In this document: one piece after another, positions 8,210 to 18,825 of the stretch
Numbering within the stretch: the first letter of the stretch is position 1
How the letters are laid out: every line of letters starts with the position of its first letter
DNA from: Promethearchaeota archaeon
GTDB taxonomy: Archaea; Asgardarchaeota; Lokiarchaeia; Sigyniarchaeales; SOKP01
DNA: 40,374 nt
Reading direction: 5' to 3'
Assembly: GCA_018238625.1 (NCBI GenBank)
Contig: JABCSY010000030.1
Coordinates: 1 to 40,374 of the forward strand
Notes under the pieces: model-generated
The model's input: only the letters and a program-made list of their open reading frames with translations
The model's database searches: none
Told to the model about the DNA's origin: nothing
Made by a program: the position numbers and the translations under genes

Positions 8210-8653
8210 TTTTCTTTTAAAATATTAAAACAATGTTAAATATCTAGTTAGGGTTTTCTTTAAAAAATATTGTGTAAATTTCGATTTTTGTTGTAAATCG
8301 GATAAATTGCAAAATATAGCAAGATTCAAAAGTTTTGTTTTTACAGATTAGAAAAATCCCTCTATTCGCATTATATCTGTTAAAAATCGCAAAAATTTTA
8401 TTTATTTCTCATATTGAAATAGAGGTTTTAATAATTTTTATGATCAATAGAATTATATTTTCTTAAAAATGGGAGTTCCGAAGACTTTTCGTTTTTTTAT
8501 TATGATGATCGAAAATAATTCGTTAGATTTATTATATATGATTTTTATATTTAAATTGTATCTATTTAATTAGATCAATTTACTAATAAATATACTGATA
8601 AAAATTAGAATTGAATTTTATTCGGATAAATTAAAAATTATAAATAAAAAAAG

Positions 8654-9979
8654 GTGAAGATTATTTATAAAAAACTTGTAGTTTTAACCGAAAAAGTTGA
8701 GGATTTAGAAATTAAGGAGAGTACCAAACCGGATAAGAATCCATTTGAAATGGCAAAAATGCAATTTGACATAGTTGCTGAAAAGATGGGTTTAGACGAA
8801 AACATTAGCAAGTACCTTAAAAGGATAGAGCGTTCGTTAATTGTTTCGATTCCAATTATTATGGATAATGGAGATCTTGAGGTTTTTGAGGGATATAGAG
8901 TGCACCACTCTACAGTTCGAGGTCCTGGGAAAGGCGGGTTACGTTATTCTGAAGGTGTTTTTCTTGACGAAGTTAAAGCTCTTGCGATGTGGATGACTTG
9001 GAAAAATAGTCTGCTAAATCTTCCTTTAGGGGGGGCAAAAGGTGGTGTGTGTGTTGATCCTAGTAAACTTTCAAAAAAAGAACTTGAAAGATTAACTCGA
9101 AGATTTACCGCTGAAATAATTAATGTAATAGGTCCTGATATCGATATACCTGCTCCAGATATTAACACAAATCCCCAAATTATGGCATGGATCATGGATG
9201 TATATTCAATGCAAAAGGGAAAGTCAGTTCCAGGGGTAGTTACTGGAAAGCCGATCGAGATTGGAGGGTCTGTTGGAAGAGAGACAGCAACAGGAAGAGG
9301 GTTATACTTTATACTTCAAGCAATATGCGAAAAACTAGATTTAGATTTGAAATCCTTAAAAATTGTAATTCAAGGATTTGGAAATGTTGGAGGAAACATT
9401 GCTAAAATATTATATGAAGAGGGAGTTAAAGTAATAGCAGTTTCAGACATTAGTGGTGGCTTATTTGACGAACAAGGATTGAACATAAAAGAATTACTAG
9501 AATGGAGAGATAAAAATGGCTTATTAAAAGATTTTTATGAAAGGGATTATTTTTTTGTCAGTAATAAAGATCTTTTAGAAATTAAGTGCGATGTTTTAAT
9601 TCCTGCTTCGATAGAAAATCAAATAACTGAATCTAATGCATATAATTTAGATTGTAAGGTTATATTGGAAGGTGCTAATGGTCCAACAACCCCGGAAGCA
9701 GATGAGATTCTGGAAAGAAGAGAAATAATCGTCGTACCAGATATTCTAGCTAATGCTGGTGGAGTTTGTGTTTCTTATTTTGAATATGTTCAAGATCTTC
9801 AAAGCTATTTTTGGAAATTGGATCGGATTAACCAAGAATTAAGAAATATTATGATTGAGGCATTTGAAGAAGTTTACAAGATATCTAATGAGAAAAAAGT
9901 GACTTTAAGGATAGCAGCATATATGATTGCAATATCAAGGTTAAAAAAAGCTATTGAACTAAGAGGAATTTTTCCATAA
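8654..9979 (+). CDS. gdhA: Glutamate dehydrogenase (Glu/Leu/Phe/Val dehydrogenase family)
   Basis: RGPGKGGLRY, GGAKGG, DIPAPD, TGKP...GGS.GR..ATG, GFGNVG, EGANGP, PDILANAGGV. Confidence 0.95.
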   Translation: MKIIYKKLVVLTEKVEDLEIKESTKPDKNPFEMAKMQFDIVAEKMGLDENISKYLKRIERSLIVSIPIIMDNGDLEVFEGYRVHHSTVRGPGKGGLRYSEGVFLDEVKALAMWMTWKNSLLNLPLGGAKGGVCVDPSKLSKKELERLTRRFTAEIINVIGPDIDIPAPDINTNPQIMAWIMDVYSMQKGKSVPGVVTGKPIEIGGSVGRETATGRGLYFILQAICEKLDLDLKSLKIVIQGFGNVGGNIAKILYEEGVKVIAVSDISGGLFDEQGLNIKELLEWRDKNGLLKDFYERDYFFVSNKDLLEIKCDVLIPASIENQITESNAYNLDCKVILEGANGPTTPEADEILERREIIVVPDILANAGGVCVSYFEYVQDLQSYFWKLDRINQELRNIMIEAFEEVYKISNEKKVTLRIAAYMIAISRLKKAIELRGIFP

Positions 9980-10024
9980 TAACCTAAATATAATATTTAA
10001 TAATAAAAAGGATAAAATTCCTCT

Positions 10025-10912
10025 CTATTTTTCTATTTTAAAGCAAATTTTATGATTCTTTTTAAAAATATCAATAAAACTTAATACTTTTATATCCGGG
10101 TTAATTCCCTCAATACTTTTAATTTTTTCATTGATAAATCTCCATAGATTTTTCTCATCAAGAGCAATAAGTTTTAAAATTAGATTATGTTCTCCTGCTG
10201 AAGTGGTTACAAGCTGAACTTCATCAAATTGTGTTAATTTTTGGGCTATATCATTCAATTTCAAAGGGTCAATGAAAAGGTGTACAAAAGCTATGGTGTT
10301 ATAGCCTACTTTCAATGGATCAACAATTGTATCAACTTTTTCTATAATTCCTTCATTTAACATATTCTGTACGCGATTATGTATTGTACTTGCCGCTAAA
10401 CTCACTCTCTCACTTATCTCTTTATATGAAATTTTATAATTCTCTTGTAAAATGTTAAGAATCATTTTATCCTTATCGTCTAGGACAATCTTAATATCAT
10501 TCTTTTTTACTTTTTTAAACTCAATTTTATGCCGTTCAATCCCATACAATACAGCTCTTTTTAGAACTTTTGCATTAAGTTCTCCTTTGAATAAATGATC
10601 TTGAAATCCTTTTTTGAGAGAATTTAATGCAATTTCTTTGTCGTCTAAACCTGTTAAAACTATAATTGGAATTTTTAAAGCGTATTCTAGCATACTTTCA
10701 ATAGTAGATTCAATATCACTATCTGGAAGTGTTAAATCTAATAAAATTATATCAAAATCTTTGTCTTTAAGGCGATTAATACCGTCAGAAAGGCGTGAAA
10801 ACGATTCTAAATCGTAAGATAAATCTGAAGATTTTTTTAATAGTTCTTGTATAAGACGTACATCTACGGTATTATCTTCAATCAATAAAATGTCTATTTT
10901 ATCATTTTCCAT
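10025..10912 (-). CDS. Response regulator: receiver domain fused to an Lrp/AsnC transcription factor
   Basis: ILLIEDN...ILLDLTLPD...IIVLTG...K receiver, then LDDKDKMIL..LQ...ISY.EIS..V.LA.STIHNRV..M...GII HTH and a C-terminal RAM-like domain. Confidence 0.9.
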   Translation of the reverse strand: MENDKIDILLIEDNTVDVRLIQELLKKSSDLSYDLESFSRLSDGINRLKDKDFDIILLDLTLPDSDIESTIESMLEYALKIPIIVLTGLDDKEIALNSLKKGFQDHLFKGELNAKVLKRAVLYGIERHKIEFKKVKKNDIKIVLDDKDKMILNILQENYKISYKEISERVSLAASTIHNRVQNMLNEGIIEKVDTIVDPLKVGYNTIAFVHLFIDPLKLNDIAQKLTQFDEVQLVTTSAGEHNLILKLIALDEKNLWRFINEKIKSIEGINPDIKVLSFIDIFKKNHKICFKIEK

Positions 10913-11087
10913 TTAAATTCTCCTCATAACATTTGGTATTAAAAATTTTGAATTAATAAACACTAAAAATAAATAAATCTTTTAATTGAATAATATTCAT
11001 TTTAAATGCATATTTATAGTTTAATAATTCTTACAAATTATTATTTTTCGAAATTTTTACATTATTAAAAATAATTTTTCAAATAAA

Positions 11088-12158
11088 ATGAGATTCAAAT
11101 TTAGAGAAGACATAGCTAAGATCTTTATTGTTTTGGTTTTAGTTATAATTTCATTTTTAATAATTTTTTATTTTGAACTAGTACTTAAAACAACCATCCT
11201 AATTTCATATTTTTTCTATTTTCCTTCAATTTTGGCGATTTTATGGTGGAGGAAAAAGGGTTTGATTGTACCTATATTTTTATCTACGGTTTTAATAGTT
11301 GTTCATTTGATTGTAAGGCAAGGTTATTTTATTCCAGAGACTTTTAACGATATTATTAGTTCCATATCGTTAATTTTTATTGGATTTGTTGTATTGTACC
11401 TATCTGATCAACTATCAATGAGGGAATTAGAATTAAAAAATATTATTAAGGATTTAGAACGTTCTAACGAGGATCTGCAGCAATTCGCTTATGTTTCATC
11501 TCATGATTTGCAAGAACCTTTACGGGCAATACTAAGTTTTTCTCAACTTCTTGAAGATGAATATCACGATAAGTTAGATAAAGATGGTAAAGATTTTCTT
11601 TCCTTTATTGCTGATGGCGCAATAAGAATGAATACACTTATAAAAGATTTGTTAACATACTCACGAATTACCACGCATGCTAAACCACCCAACTGGAATA
11701 ACCTTGAGGATATACTAAAGGATGCTTTATTTAATCTGACTGAATCAATAAAAGAAAGTAGCGCAATTATTACTTATGATAAACTTCCAACATTAAAAGT
11801 AGACAGAACTCAAATGTTACAATTATTTCAAAATTTTATTAGCAATGCGATTAAATTCCGAAGAGAGGAAACACCTAAAATCCACGTAGGAGTAAAAAAA
11901 ATTGATATGGGATGGCTTTTTTCGATAAAAGACAATGGGATTGGAATTGAATCAAAATATTTCAATCGTATCTATAATATTTTTTATCGTTTACATACCA
12001 AAGAAGAGTATCCTGGTTCTGGGATTGGATTACCAATATGTAGAAAAATAGTTCAAAGATATGGCGGACAAATATGGGTAGAATCAGAACTAGGTAAAGG
12101 ATCTACTTTCTTCTTTACTATTGCTATAGAAACTACTAAAAAAAAATTAAAAGAGTAA
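11088..12158 (+). CDS. Membrane-bound sensor histidine kinase
   Basis: Four N-terminal hydrophobic segments, H-box FAYVSSHDLQEPLR, N-box NFISNAIKF, DNGIGI, GSGIGL, GSTFFF. Confidence 0.95.
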   Translation: MRFKFREDIAKIFIVLVLVIISFLIIFYFELVLKTTILISYFFYFPSILAILWWRKKGLIVPIFLSTVLIVVHLIVRQGYFIPETFNDIISSISLIFIGFVVLYLSDQLSMRELELKNIIKDLERSNEDLQQFAYVSSHDLQEPLRAILSFSQLLEDEYHDKLDKDGKDFLSFIADGAIRMNTLIKDLLTYSRITTHAKPPNWNNLEDILKDALFNLTESIKESSAIITYDKLPTLKVDRTQMLQLFQNFISNAIKFRREETPKIHVGVKKIDMGWLFSIKDNGIGIESKYFNRIYNIFYRLHTKEEYPGSGIGLPICRKIVQRYGGQIWVESELGKGSTFFFTIAIETTKKKLKE

Positions 12159-12182
12159 ATATTTTTATGGTAGGTATAAATA

Positions 12183-12611
12183 TTGAATAAGTTCAGGATT
12201 TTAATTGTTGAAGATAATCCCGCAGATATACGTCTTACGGAAGTAGCTATTCAAAAAAGTGAAATAGATTGTGCTTTGGATGTAGTAAAAGACGGTGTTG
12301 AAGCAATAAATTTTTTGAAAAAACTTGGGAAATATTCTAAAGTTAATCTCCCTGATTTGATTCTTTTAGATTTAAATTTACCTAGGAAGAATGGTCTTGA
12401 TGCATTGAAGGAAATTAAGGAAGACGAAGATTTAAAACGAATTCCTGTAGTAGTTTTAACCATATCAAGTAATGAAGAAGATTTAATTAAAGCTTATAAT
12501 TTGCATGCGAATAGTTACATAAATAAACCGTTAGACGTTAGGGAATTTTATACTATTGTGGAATTTATCTGTCTTTATTGGTTTAAAGTCGTTAAACTTG
12601 CCAAATTTTAG
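12183..12611 (+). CDS. Single-domain response regulator (Rcp1-like)
   Basis: ILIVEDNPAD, PDLILLDLNLP, IPVVVLT.S, ANSYINKP. Confidence 0.92.
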   Translation: MNKFRILIVEDNPADIRLTEVAIQKSEIDCALDVVKDGVEAINFLKKLGKYSKVNLPDLILLDLNLPRKNGLDALKEIKEDEDLKRIPVVVLTISSNEEDLIKAYNLHANSYINKPLDVREFYTIVEFICLYWFKVVKLAKF

Positions 12612-12680
12612 CAAAAAACTTGAATAGGTAAAGGTATGTAAATATATTTAAAAATAAATAAGAAAAAAAAAGGGGCTATT

Positions 12681-12911
12681 CTAGTGTTTAACAACTTGAA
12701 TAAGTTTTTCAATAGTTCTTAAATAGTTTTTATTTTCTAATTTAGGTTGATTATAATTTTCAATTGGATTACAGTTCCACGGTCGAGATACACGATCATC
12801 GTTCCAAATAACTCCATGATAAATCGTATTTTTATCACATGAATGATAAATTTTTCTACCGAGCGAATATTCAACTCCACATCCAGGGCATTTTACCATT
12901 AAAATCACCAA
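12681..12911 (-). CDS. Small hypothetical protein with CPGC zinc-ribbon-like N-terminus
   Basis: MVKCPGCG...HSC; isolated ORF in an AT-rich spacer. Confidence 0.5.
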   Translation of the reverse strand: MVILMVKCPGCGVEYSLGRKIYHSCDKNTIYHGVIWNDDRVSRPWNCNPIENYNQPKLENKNYLRTIEKLIQVVKH

Positions 12912-13206
12912 TCCTATTTTAGTTTTTTATATGAATATTATTCAATTCGAATAAAAGATTATTATTCTGTAGTTTTAGTTCCTACAATATATTATATATA
13001 ATTTATCTTATATAAATCCATCGAAGGTTATTCAGTCTGAACTTATAATGCCGAATATTCTTCGGTTATGGGTGATAATTGTGAAACACGTTCAATTAGG
13101 TTTAGACAAAAAACTCAAAATTTGGATAAAAAAGTTATAGAACGCTTTTAAAATCGTAAAAATTATATGATTATTAAAATTAAAAAATATATTGATATTT
13201 TTTTGT

Positions 13207-13359
13207 CCCCCCATAGCTCAGTTGGTTTAGAGCGCGCGGCTGTAGATAAATATCGCATACTAAGGTTTTTGCCTATGAAGTATTGTCAGCCGATACCGTG
13301 AGGTCCCCGGCTCAAACTCCCTTTCTGTTTTAGGAAGGATGAGATTCCGGGTGGGGGGA
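13207..13359 (+). tRNA. tRNA-Tyr(GTA) with two introns (about 13246-13294 in the anticodon loop; 13317-13345 at 59/60 in the T-loop)
   Basis: Acceptor CCCCCCA/TGGGGGG + A73 (archaeal C1:G72 Tyr identity), D-arm GCTC/GAGC, anticodon stem CGCGG/CCGTG with GTA at 13242-13244, T-stem CCCGG/CCGGG. Strict BHB CTCA-AA^C...TGAG-AT^T for the T-loop intron. CCA is not encoded. Confidence 0.9.
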
Positions 13360-13381
13360 CTAAAAAGATTTAAATTACACT

Positions 13382-15340
13382 CTATTTGAGTTTCTTCACC
13401 TTTCTTTTGATGATAACTATTAAAAGGCCTATAAGATGCGCGCTAAGAAGTAAAAAAATACTTATATCGTATCCTTGAATAGCTTGTTCGGCACTTTGAA
13501 GAATTAAGTCCAACGAGAGGTCGTATTCTGCGTTTAATTGGACTAAAACGTAATTATTGTATAAAAGACTTACTTTACCAGGGTTTGTGGATAGGTTAAG
13601 AGATAATTCGGTTGTGCCATTAATCCAAATATCTTGGCTATAAATCTCATATCCTGATACATTGTAGACGGCTAGAGGAACTTGTTGCGAATACGCATAA
13701 TCGTTTAAGGGCATGTTAATATCTACAATTGTTAGATTTAAGATCTTCGTTGCTGCATTGTAATTATGCTCCGAGAAAGAATATTTTGGTAGATAGAGGT
13801 TATCAAACCACGGGAAAAAGAACCAATCTAACGATTGCCCTATTACGGTTTCGAATGCTTGCTGCATATCTGATAAAACCACGAGCTTAAATTGGTAGCT
13901 TTCAAAATAATGCCTTAATCCAGCGATGAAATTTGAATGCCCTATAGTTTGGCGCAATTTTTCGAAGATAAGAGGTGCTTTAATATACGCAATATACCAA
14001 TAATCAGTATTAGTATCTATACATTCGTAAATAGTTTGGTTGATCTTTGAACCCTTCATCATTTCTACGAAGTAAGCTCTAACTTCTTGGATATAAGGTA
14101 TACTTTGGAAGTGTTCCCAATCTCCGTAATAATATTCACCATAATAATCAGTCGACCAACACGTAATACCTTCGTCTAAAAAGCCCACATCGATTTCGTC
14201 GTTTCCTACTAAGTTATACCACCATTGGTGGCCTAATTCATGGGCAATAATCAATTCTAAGTAATGTCGCTTATATGAGAGGGGGGCATTCCAATTATCC
14301 ATAGATTCGGTAATATAAACTTGATTTGGATATTCCATACCCCCGTACCAAGTATATTCTTCTACAACATTAAGGGTTGGATAAGGATAAGTTCCAAAAG
14401 TGTTATTATAGAGAAAAAGTGCTTGTTCGGAGTAATTTAAGGCAAAATTTGTCCATATATAGCCAGATTTAGGAAGATAATAGACTGAGAGGTTTACTCC
14501 ATTTGAAATCTTCGATTCTACTTGAAAGAATCGAGAAGCTGAAAAGGTGACCTCTCGAACGGGATAAATGGGGTTAAATCGATAGAAGGTCGTTGAACCT
14601 TTGTTTATTCTTTCTTCTAATTTTCCAGTTGCCGCGATTACCATTTCGCTGGGCACTTCAATAGAAAGGTTATAGTAAGCCATGTCAAAGTAAAAGGGAT
14701 CGCCGATATCTAAATAGGGATCGATGTTCCAACCGTCGTCATTGTCGTAAACACAAGGTATGGGATAAAAACTTCCAAATTTGTAAATGCGCGATTGATT
14801 TAGATCGCTTCCGTGAGAATTTGCCCTGTCAATTGGTCCATCTGGGAGAGTGGCGTTAAATTTAACGTTAAATTGTACCCTCTTTTGAGGTTCTAACTTT
14901 TCCGAAATATTTACCCACATTATCTGCTGATTTGAGTAGACTTCAAAGGGAAACGTTATACTGAGGTTGTTTACATCAGTTACATTGACGATTTCTATAA
15001 TCCCAGATCTATTTTCGTATTCCATTCCTGATAAATAGAGGTGAAAAGGAATTCTTGTAAAATTAATATCATCGTTATTGTAGAAATCAACCGTTAAATT
15101 GCCGTCGATAAACGAGTTTGCTTCGTCCAATACGACCGATAAATTGTAGCGAGAGAAATTCCCTATAGGTTGGGCTAATTTCGGTGTAATGGCTAAAGGG
15201 GGAGAAAAATTATTAAATGATTCGCACCCACTTTCATCTCCAGAGATATAGTTCGTTATGGAAAAATTGAAATTAACGCAGCTAAAAACAAACAAAACGA
15301 CGAGTACTGCTCCATAAAATTTATGATGAATTTCTTTCAT
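13382..15340 (-). CDS. Secreted/surface-anchored M1-family metallopeptidase
   Basis: Signal peptide, GGMEY, HELGHQWW...DEG zinc motif, C-terminal AIQGYD + TM + basic tail (PGF/Loki-CTERM-like). Confidence 0.9.
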   Translation of the reverse strand: MKEIHHKFYGAVLVVLFVFSCVNFNFSITNYISGDESGCESFNNFSPPLAITPKLAQPIGNFSRYNLSVVLDEANSFIDGNLTVDFYNNDDINFTRIPFHLYLSGMEYENRSGIIEIVNVTDVNNLSITFPFEVYSNQQIMWVNISEKLEPQKRVQFNVKFNATLPDGPIDRANSHGSDLNQSRIYKFGSFYPIPCVYDNDDGWNIDPYLDIGDPFYFDMAYYNLSIEVPSEMVIAATGKLEERINKGSTTFYRFNPIYPVREVTFSASRFFQVESKISNGVNLSVYYLPKSGYIWTNFALNYSEQALFLYNNTFGTYPYPTLNVVEEYTWYGGMEYPNQVYITESMDNWNAPLSYKRHYLELIIAHELGHQWWYNLVGNDEIDVGFLDEGITCWSTDYYGEYYYGDWEHFQSIPYIQEVRAYFVEMMKGSKINQTIYECIDTNTDYWYIAYIKAPLIFEKLRQTIGHSNFIAGLRHYFESYQFKLVVLSDMQQAFETVIGQSLDWFFFPWFDNLYLPKYSFSEHNYNAATKILNLTIVDINMPLNDYAYSQQVPLAVYNVSGYEIYSQDIWINGTTELSLNLSTNPGKVSLLYNNYVLVQLNAEYDLSLDLILQSAEQAIQGYDISIFLLLSAHLIGLLIVIIKRKVKKLK

Positions 15341-15486
15341 TTTTAATTGAATAATTATTGTTTGAGATTTTCTAGGAAATGTATATTGATAAATGTTTTG
15401 AGTATGATTCGATTAACTTGATAAAATTCTTATTTTGATCAGCATTATTTTTCAATATTAATAGTTTGATTTTTAGATTGAGAACA

Positions 15487-16404
15487 ATGAAAAAGAAAAG
15501 AACAGCTGTTGTTGGTGCTGGTTGGTTTGGTCGGGCACATATCAGAAATTTTAACGATCTTTCTGAGCTTGTTGGTATATGTGATACTAACGAAACTAAG
15601 TTAAAGCAAATAGCAGAACAATACGAGGGAATTAACACTTATAAAGATGTGGACGATCTAATAAAAAACGAAGAGATTGACGCCGTGAGCATTGTAACCC
15701 AACCAAAACATATTCCAAAAATTGCTAAAAAATTTGCTGAAGCTGGAATAGATATATTGATGGAAAAACCGATGGCGTTGAATTTGGAAGAATTAATTAG
15801 TTTTAAAGAATACGACGACATTCGAATAATGCCTGGTTTTATCGAGTTGTTTAATCCCGCTTTTGCTAAATTATTAAACCACGTTAACGATATAGGAGAG
15901 ATAATTTCAATTGCGTCAAAACGCATTGGGTTGTACCCTAAAAGAGATTGGGACATGGGCGTTATTTTAGATTTATCCATTCACGATATTTATCTACAAG
16001 AAAAAATTTTAGGTAAAAATAAGATAGTAAATGCATATGGCGTGAAAAAATGTTATAAAGATAGCGTTCATGCCGATGCGGCTTTTATAATATTAGATTT
16101 CGGTAAGGCAATAGGCCAGATAGAGTCAAATTGGCTAACGCCTTCTAAGTTTAGAAGAATGTATGTTAACGGTGAATTTGGGGGCATTTCTATTGATTTC
16201 ATTACTCAACAGATAAACATCCGAACGGGCATCGATCTGCAGGGAGAATGGCCAGTTACAAAAGATACTTCGTTCACTCCTTTGAAAGGGGACGAACCAT
16301 TGAAGAGAGAAATTAATAATTTCCTTTACGATAAAGAGCTAGAAGTAACTCTGGATGACGGTATAAGAGCCTTAGAAATTGCTTTAAAAATCGTAAATTC
16401 TTAA
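15487..16404 (+). CDS. Gfo/Idh/MocA family oxidoreductase
   Basis: AVVGAGWFG, EKP, LDLSIHD. The ATG at 15487 is preferred over the ORF-track start at 15466. Confidence 0.9.
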   Translation: MKKKRTAVVGAGWFGRAHIRNFNDLSELVGICDTNETKLKQIAEQYEGINTYKDVDDLIKNEEIDAVSIVTQPKHIPKIAKKFAEAGIDILMEKPMALNLEELISFKEYDDIRIMPGFIELFNPAFAKLLNHVNDIGEIISIASKRIGLYPKRDWDMGVILDLSIHDIYLQEKILGKNKIVNAYGVKKCYKDSVHADAAFIILDFGKAIGQIESNWLTPSKFRRMYVNGEFGGISIDFITQQINIRTGIDLQGEWPVTKDTSFTPLKGDEPLKREINNFLYDKELEVTLDDGIRALEIALKIVNS

Positions 16405-16439
16405 TTTTATTTATTATTTAAAATCATAAGGTAATAATA

Positions 16440-16868
16440 TTGAGCGAGCACAACAACAACGAAGAACAACACGAATTAGAAAAGATTCGGTTGAAAAAAA
16501 TGAAAGCTCTTATGGAAACTCAGAATCAGCAGAAACAGATGCATGAGAGGGTTCATTCCATAACTGAAAAGGTCGTTTATGTATTGAGGGCTGTTTTAGC
16601 ACCAGATGCTTTTTCTTATTTAGAAAAAATAAAAACTAGCGAACCAATGGTATATCAAGCAATTTACAACGAGTTAATTAGTTCAGATGTAGTAGCAAAT
16701 ATAGATTATTTAATTGCCATAATCAACCGTCAAGGTGGAATTCCAAGAAGGATTCCTTTGGATGCAATTATTCATTTAGTGCGGAAAATCAAAGGAATTA
16801 AAGGGAAAATCCAAGTTAAAAAAGGCGATGGTAAAATGATGGATTTAGGCTCTTTTTTGACAAAATAA
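16440..16868 (+). CDS. PDCD5/TFAR19-related DNA-binding protein
   Basis: ELEKIR.KKM..L, Q-rich linker, VLR.VL.PDA...L..IK...P pattern, basic C-terminus. Confidence 0.7.
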   Translation: MSEHNNNEEQHELEKIRLKKMKALMETQNQQKQMHERVHSITEKVVYVLRAVLAPDAFSYLEKIKTSEPMVYQAIYNELISSDVVANIDYLIAIINRQGGIPRRIPLDAIIHLVRKIKGIKGKIQVKKGDGKMMDLGSFLTK

Positions 16869-16943
16869 CGCCAAATCGTCTTAATTTTCGAATCTATTTT
16901 TAAATTACGATTTCTATATAAAATCAATAGATAATGAAAGAAA

Positions 16944-17498
16944 CTATTGTTCTCTGGCTGAAATTATTGCGATTACTTCCCACTCTCCATTATCAAATAG
17001 ATTTGCGTCAATATTAGAGAATTGAAAAGCAAAAGGTCGTTTAAAAATTTGTTCTACCATGGGGCTAAATGAACTTACAGCAAAAATTAAGAGTCTTTTC
17101 AAAACACTCTCAGTTTTGGTTTCAATGCTTAACGATTTCATTACTTTATTGATAGCCTCAATTTCCCCTAAGTTATAATGATATTGGTAAATAAGCTTAA
17201 AATCAACGGCAGTCGGAGCTTCTGCTCCAGAAAGCGTCAAACCTCTCTTTCTGAAAGGGAACATCGTAGTAAGGTAAAAATAGAAAATCTCCTCGTAATG
17301 GTCTTTTAGCAGATATGAAATTTTGGAACCTTCTTTGTATTTAGGCCAATAGTTAAGTAATAACTCTAAAAGCCGCGGGTAATTTTTGTATTTATTTTCG
17401 CTTTCTTTTTGTAAATGGTTTAGTAGCCTATTTTTAAGCGGCTTGAATTCGTTGTCTTTAGCTACCCTTTCTACGAATTTTGTAAATCTTTGACTCAT
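16944..17498 (-). CDS. Hypothetical protein
   Basis: 184-aa ORF with ATG start filling the gap between neighbours; no motif recognised. Confidence 0.7.
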   Translation of the reverse strand: MSQRFTKFVERVAKDNEFKPLKNRLLNHLQKESENKYKNYPRLLELLLNYWPKYKEGSKISYLLKDHYEEIFYFYLTTMFPFRKRGLTLSGAEAPTAVDFKLIYQYHYNLGEIEAINKVMKSLSIETKTESVLKRLLIFAVSSFSPMVEQIFKRPFAFQFSNIDANLFDNGEWEVIAIISAREQ

Positions 17499-17628
17499 TT
17501 TATAGTGATGGACTAATTTAGTATGAAATATTCTTAAATACCTTTATTTTTTTATATGTGACTCCGATAATATAATTTTTTGTATTATTTTTCAAAAACT
17601 TATAAAAAATGGATTGTAATTATTATTT

Positions 17629-18825
17629 ATGGTTAATAAGACAGCGCTTATTTATACCAATAAATATCAGAGTTACAATTTTGGACCACAGCATCCTCTG
17701 AGGCCTTTAAGGATTAAACTTACGTATAGCCTTATGGAGAAACTAAATCTTTTTAATAACGAAAGGTTAGAGGTCTTTGAACCAAGCCCCGCTACACAAA
17801 AAGAAATAGAAAGGGCTCACGACCCAGAGTATGTGGAAATAGTTAAGAAATTAAGCGAGAATCCTATGGATAGAAGCGTTCAACCATATCTCTATGGGTT
17901 AGAAACTGGAGATACGCCTGTTTTTAAAGGCATGTACGAGGCATCAGCGTTAGTGTGTGGAGCAAGTTTGCTAGCTGCAGATCTAGTTTGGCAAGACAAC
18001 GACATAAATATTGCTTTTAATCCAGCAGGTGGACTTCACCACGCACACAAAAAAAAGGCTTCGGGATTTTGTATTTTTAACGATATTGCCGTAGCTATTC
18101 ACCATCTTAAAAATTTGAAAAAGGATATTAGAATTGCGTATTTGGATATTGATTGTCACCATGGAGATGGTGTACAAGGGTTGTTTTACGACGATCCAAA
18201 TGTTTTAACGATCTCTTTTCACGAAAGTGGAAAGTTTTTATTCCCTGGTACTGGAGAGCCAAAAGAAGTCGGTGAAGGAGCAGGAAAGGGATTTTCTATT
18301 AACTTTCCTTTGTTGCCAGGTACTGATAATAGAATGTTTCGAAAATTATTTCGTTATTGTGTACCTAGGATTTTAGAGGCTTATGCCCCCGATGTTTTAT
18401 TAACTCAGTTAGGGGCAGATATGTACTTTAACGACCCCTTAACGCAAATGGGGCTTTCACTTTCGATTTATCGAGATATTGCTCAAACTCTCTACACATC
18501 TGCTCAGGATTATTGTCAGAACAAATGGATTGCGGTAGGAGGGGGTGGTTATTTAATGACTGCTGTACCTAGAGCTTGGACTTTATTTTTAGCGCGAATG
18601 TTAGATGTTGAACTAAAAAACGAATTGCCTGAAGAGTGGTTAAATCAAGTTAAGGAAGAAGTTCCACACGAAACTACACCCTACTTATTGTGGGATCGCG
18701 ACGATAAAGCGGAAGTACAACTGCTTTCTCATCCTGAAATTGCTAAAAAGATGATCGATTATAACAGAGAATTAAAAGCTCTTTGCGACGAAGAATTTGT
18801 TCCAAATCTTAAAAAAAAAAGTTAA
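17629..18825 (+). CDS. acuC: Histone deacetylase / AcuC-family Zn-dependent deacetylase
   Basis: HPLRP.R, GGLHHA, SGFCIFND, DIDCHHGDG, FPGTG, GAD, GGGGY. Confidence 0.9.
   Translation: MVNKTALIYTNKYQSYNFGPQHPLRPLRIKLTYSLMEKLNLFNNERLEVFEPSPATQKEIERAHDPEYVEIVKKLSENPMDRSVQPYLYGLETGDTPVFKGMYEASALVCGASLLAADLVWQDNDINIAFNPAGGLHHAHKKKASGFCIFNDIAVAIHHLKNLKKDIRIAYLDIDCHHGDGVQGLFYDDPNVLTISFHESGKFLFPGTGEPKEVGEGAGKGFSINFPLLPGTDNRMFRKLFRYCVPRILEAYAPDVLLTQLGADMYFNDPLTQMGLSLSIYRDIAQTLYTSAQDYCQNKWIAVGGGGYLMTAVPRAWTLFLARMLDVELKNELPEEWLNQVKEEVPHETTPYLLWDRDDKAEVQLLSHPEIAKKMIDYNRELKALCDEEFVPNLKKKS

Noticed and set aside
13340-13359. tRNA-Tyr as an integration (att) site
   Set aside because: No duplicate of the tRNA 3' end or integrase gene was noticed in the window.
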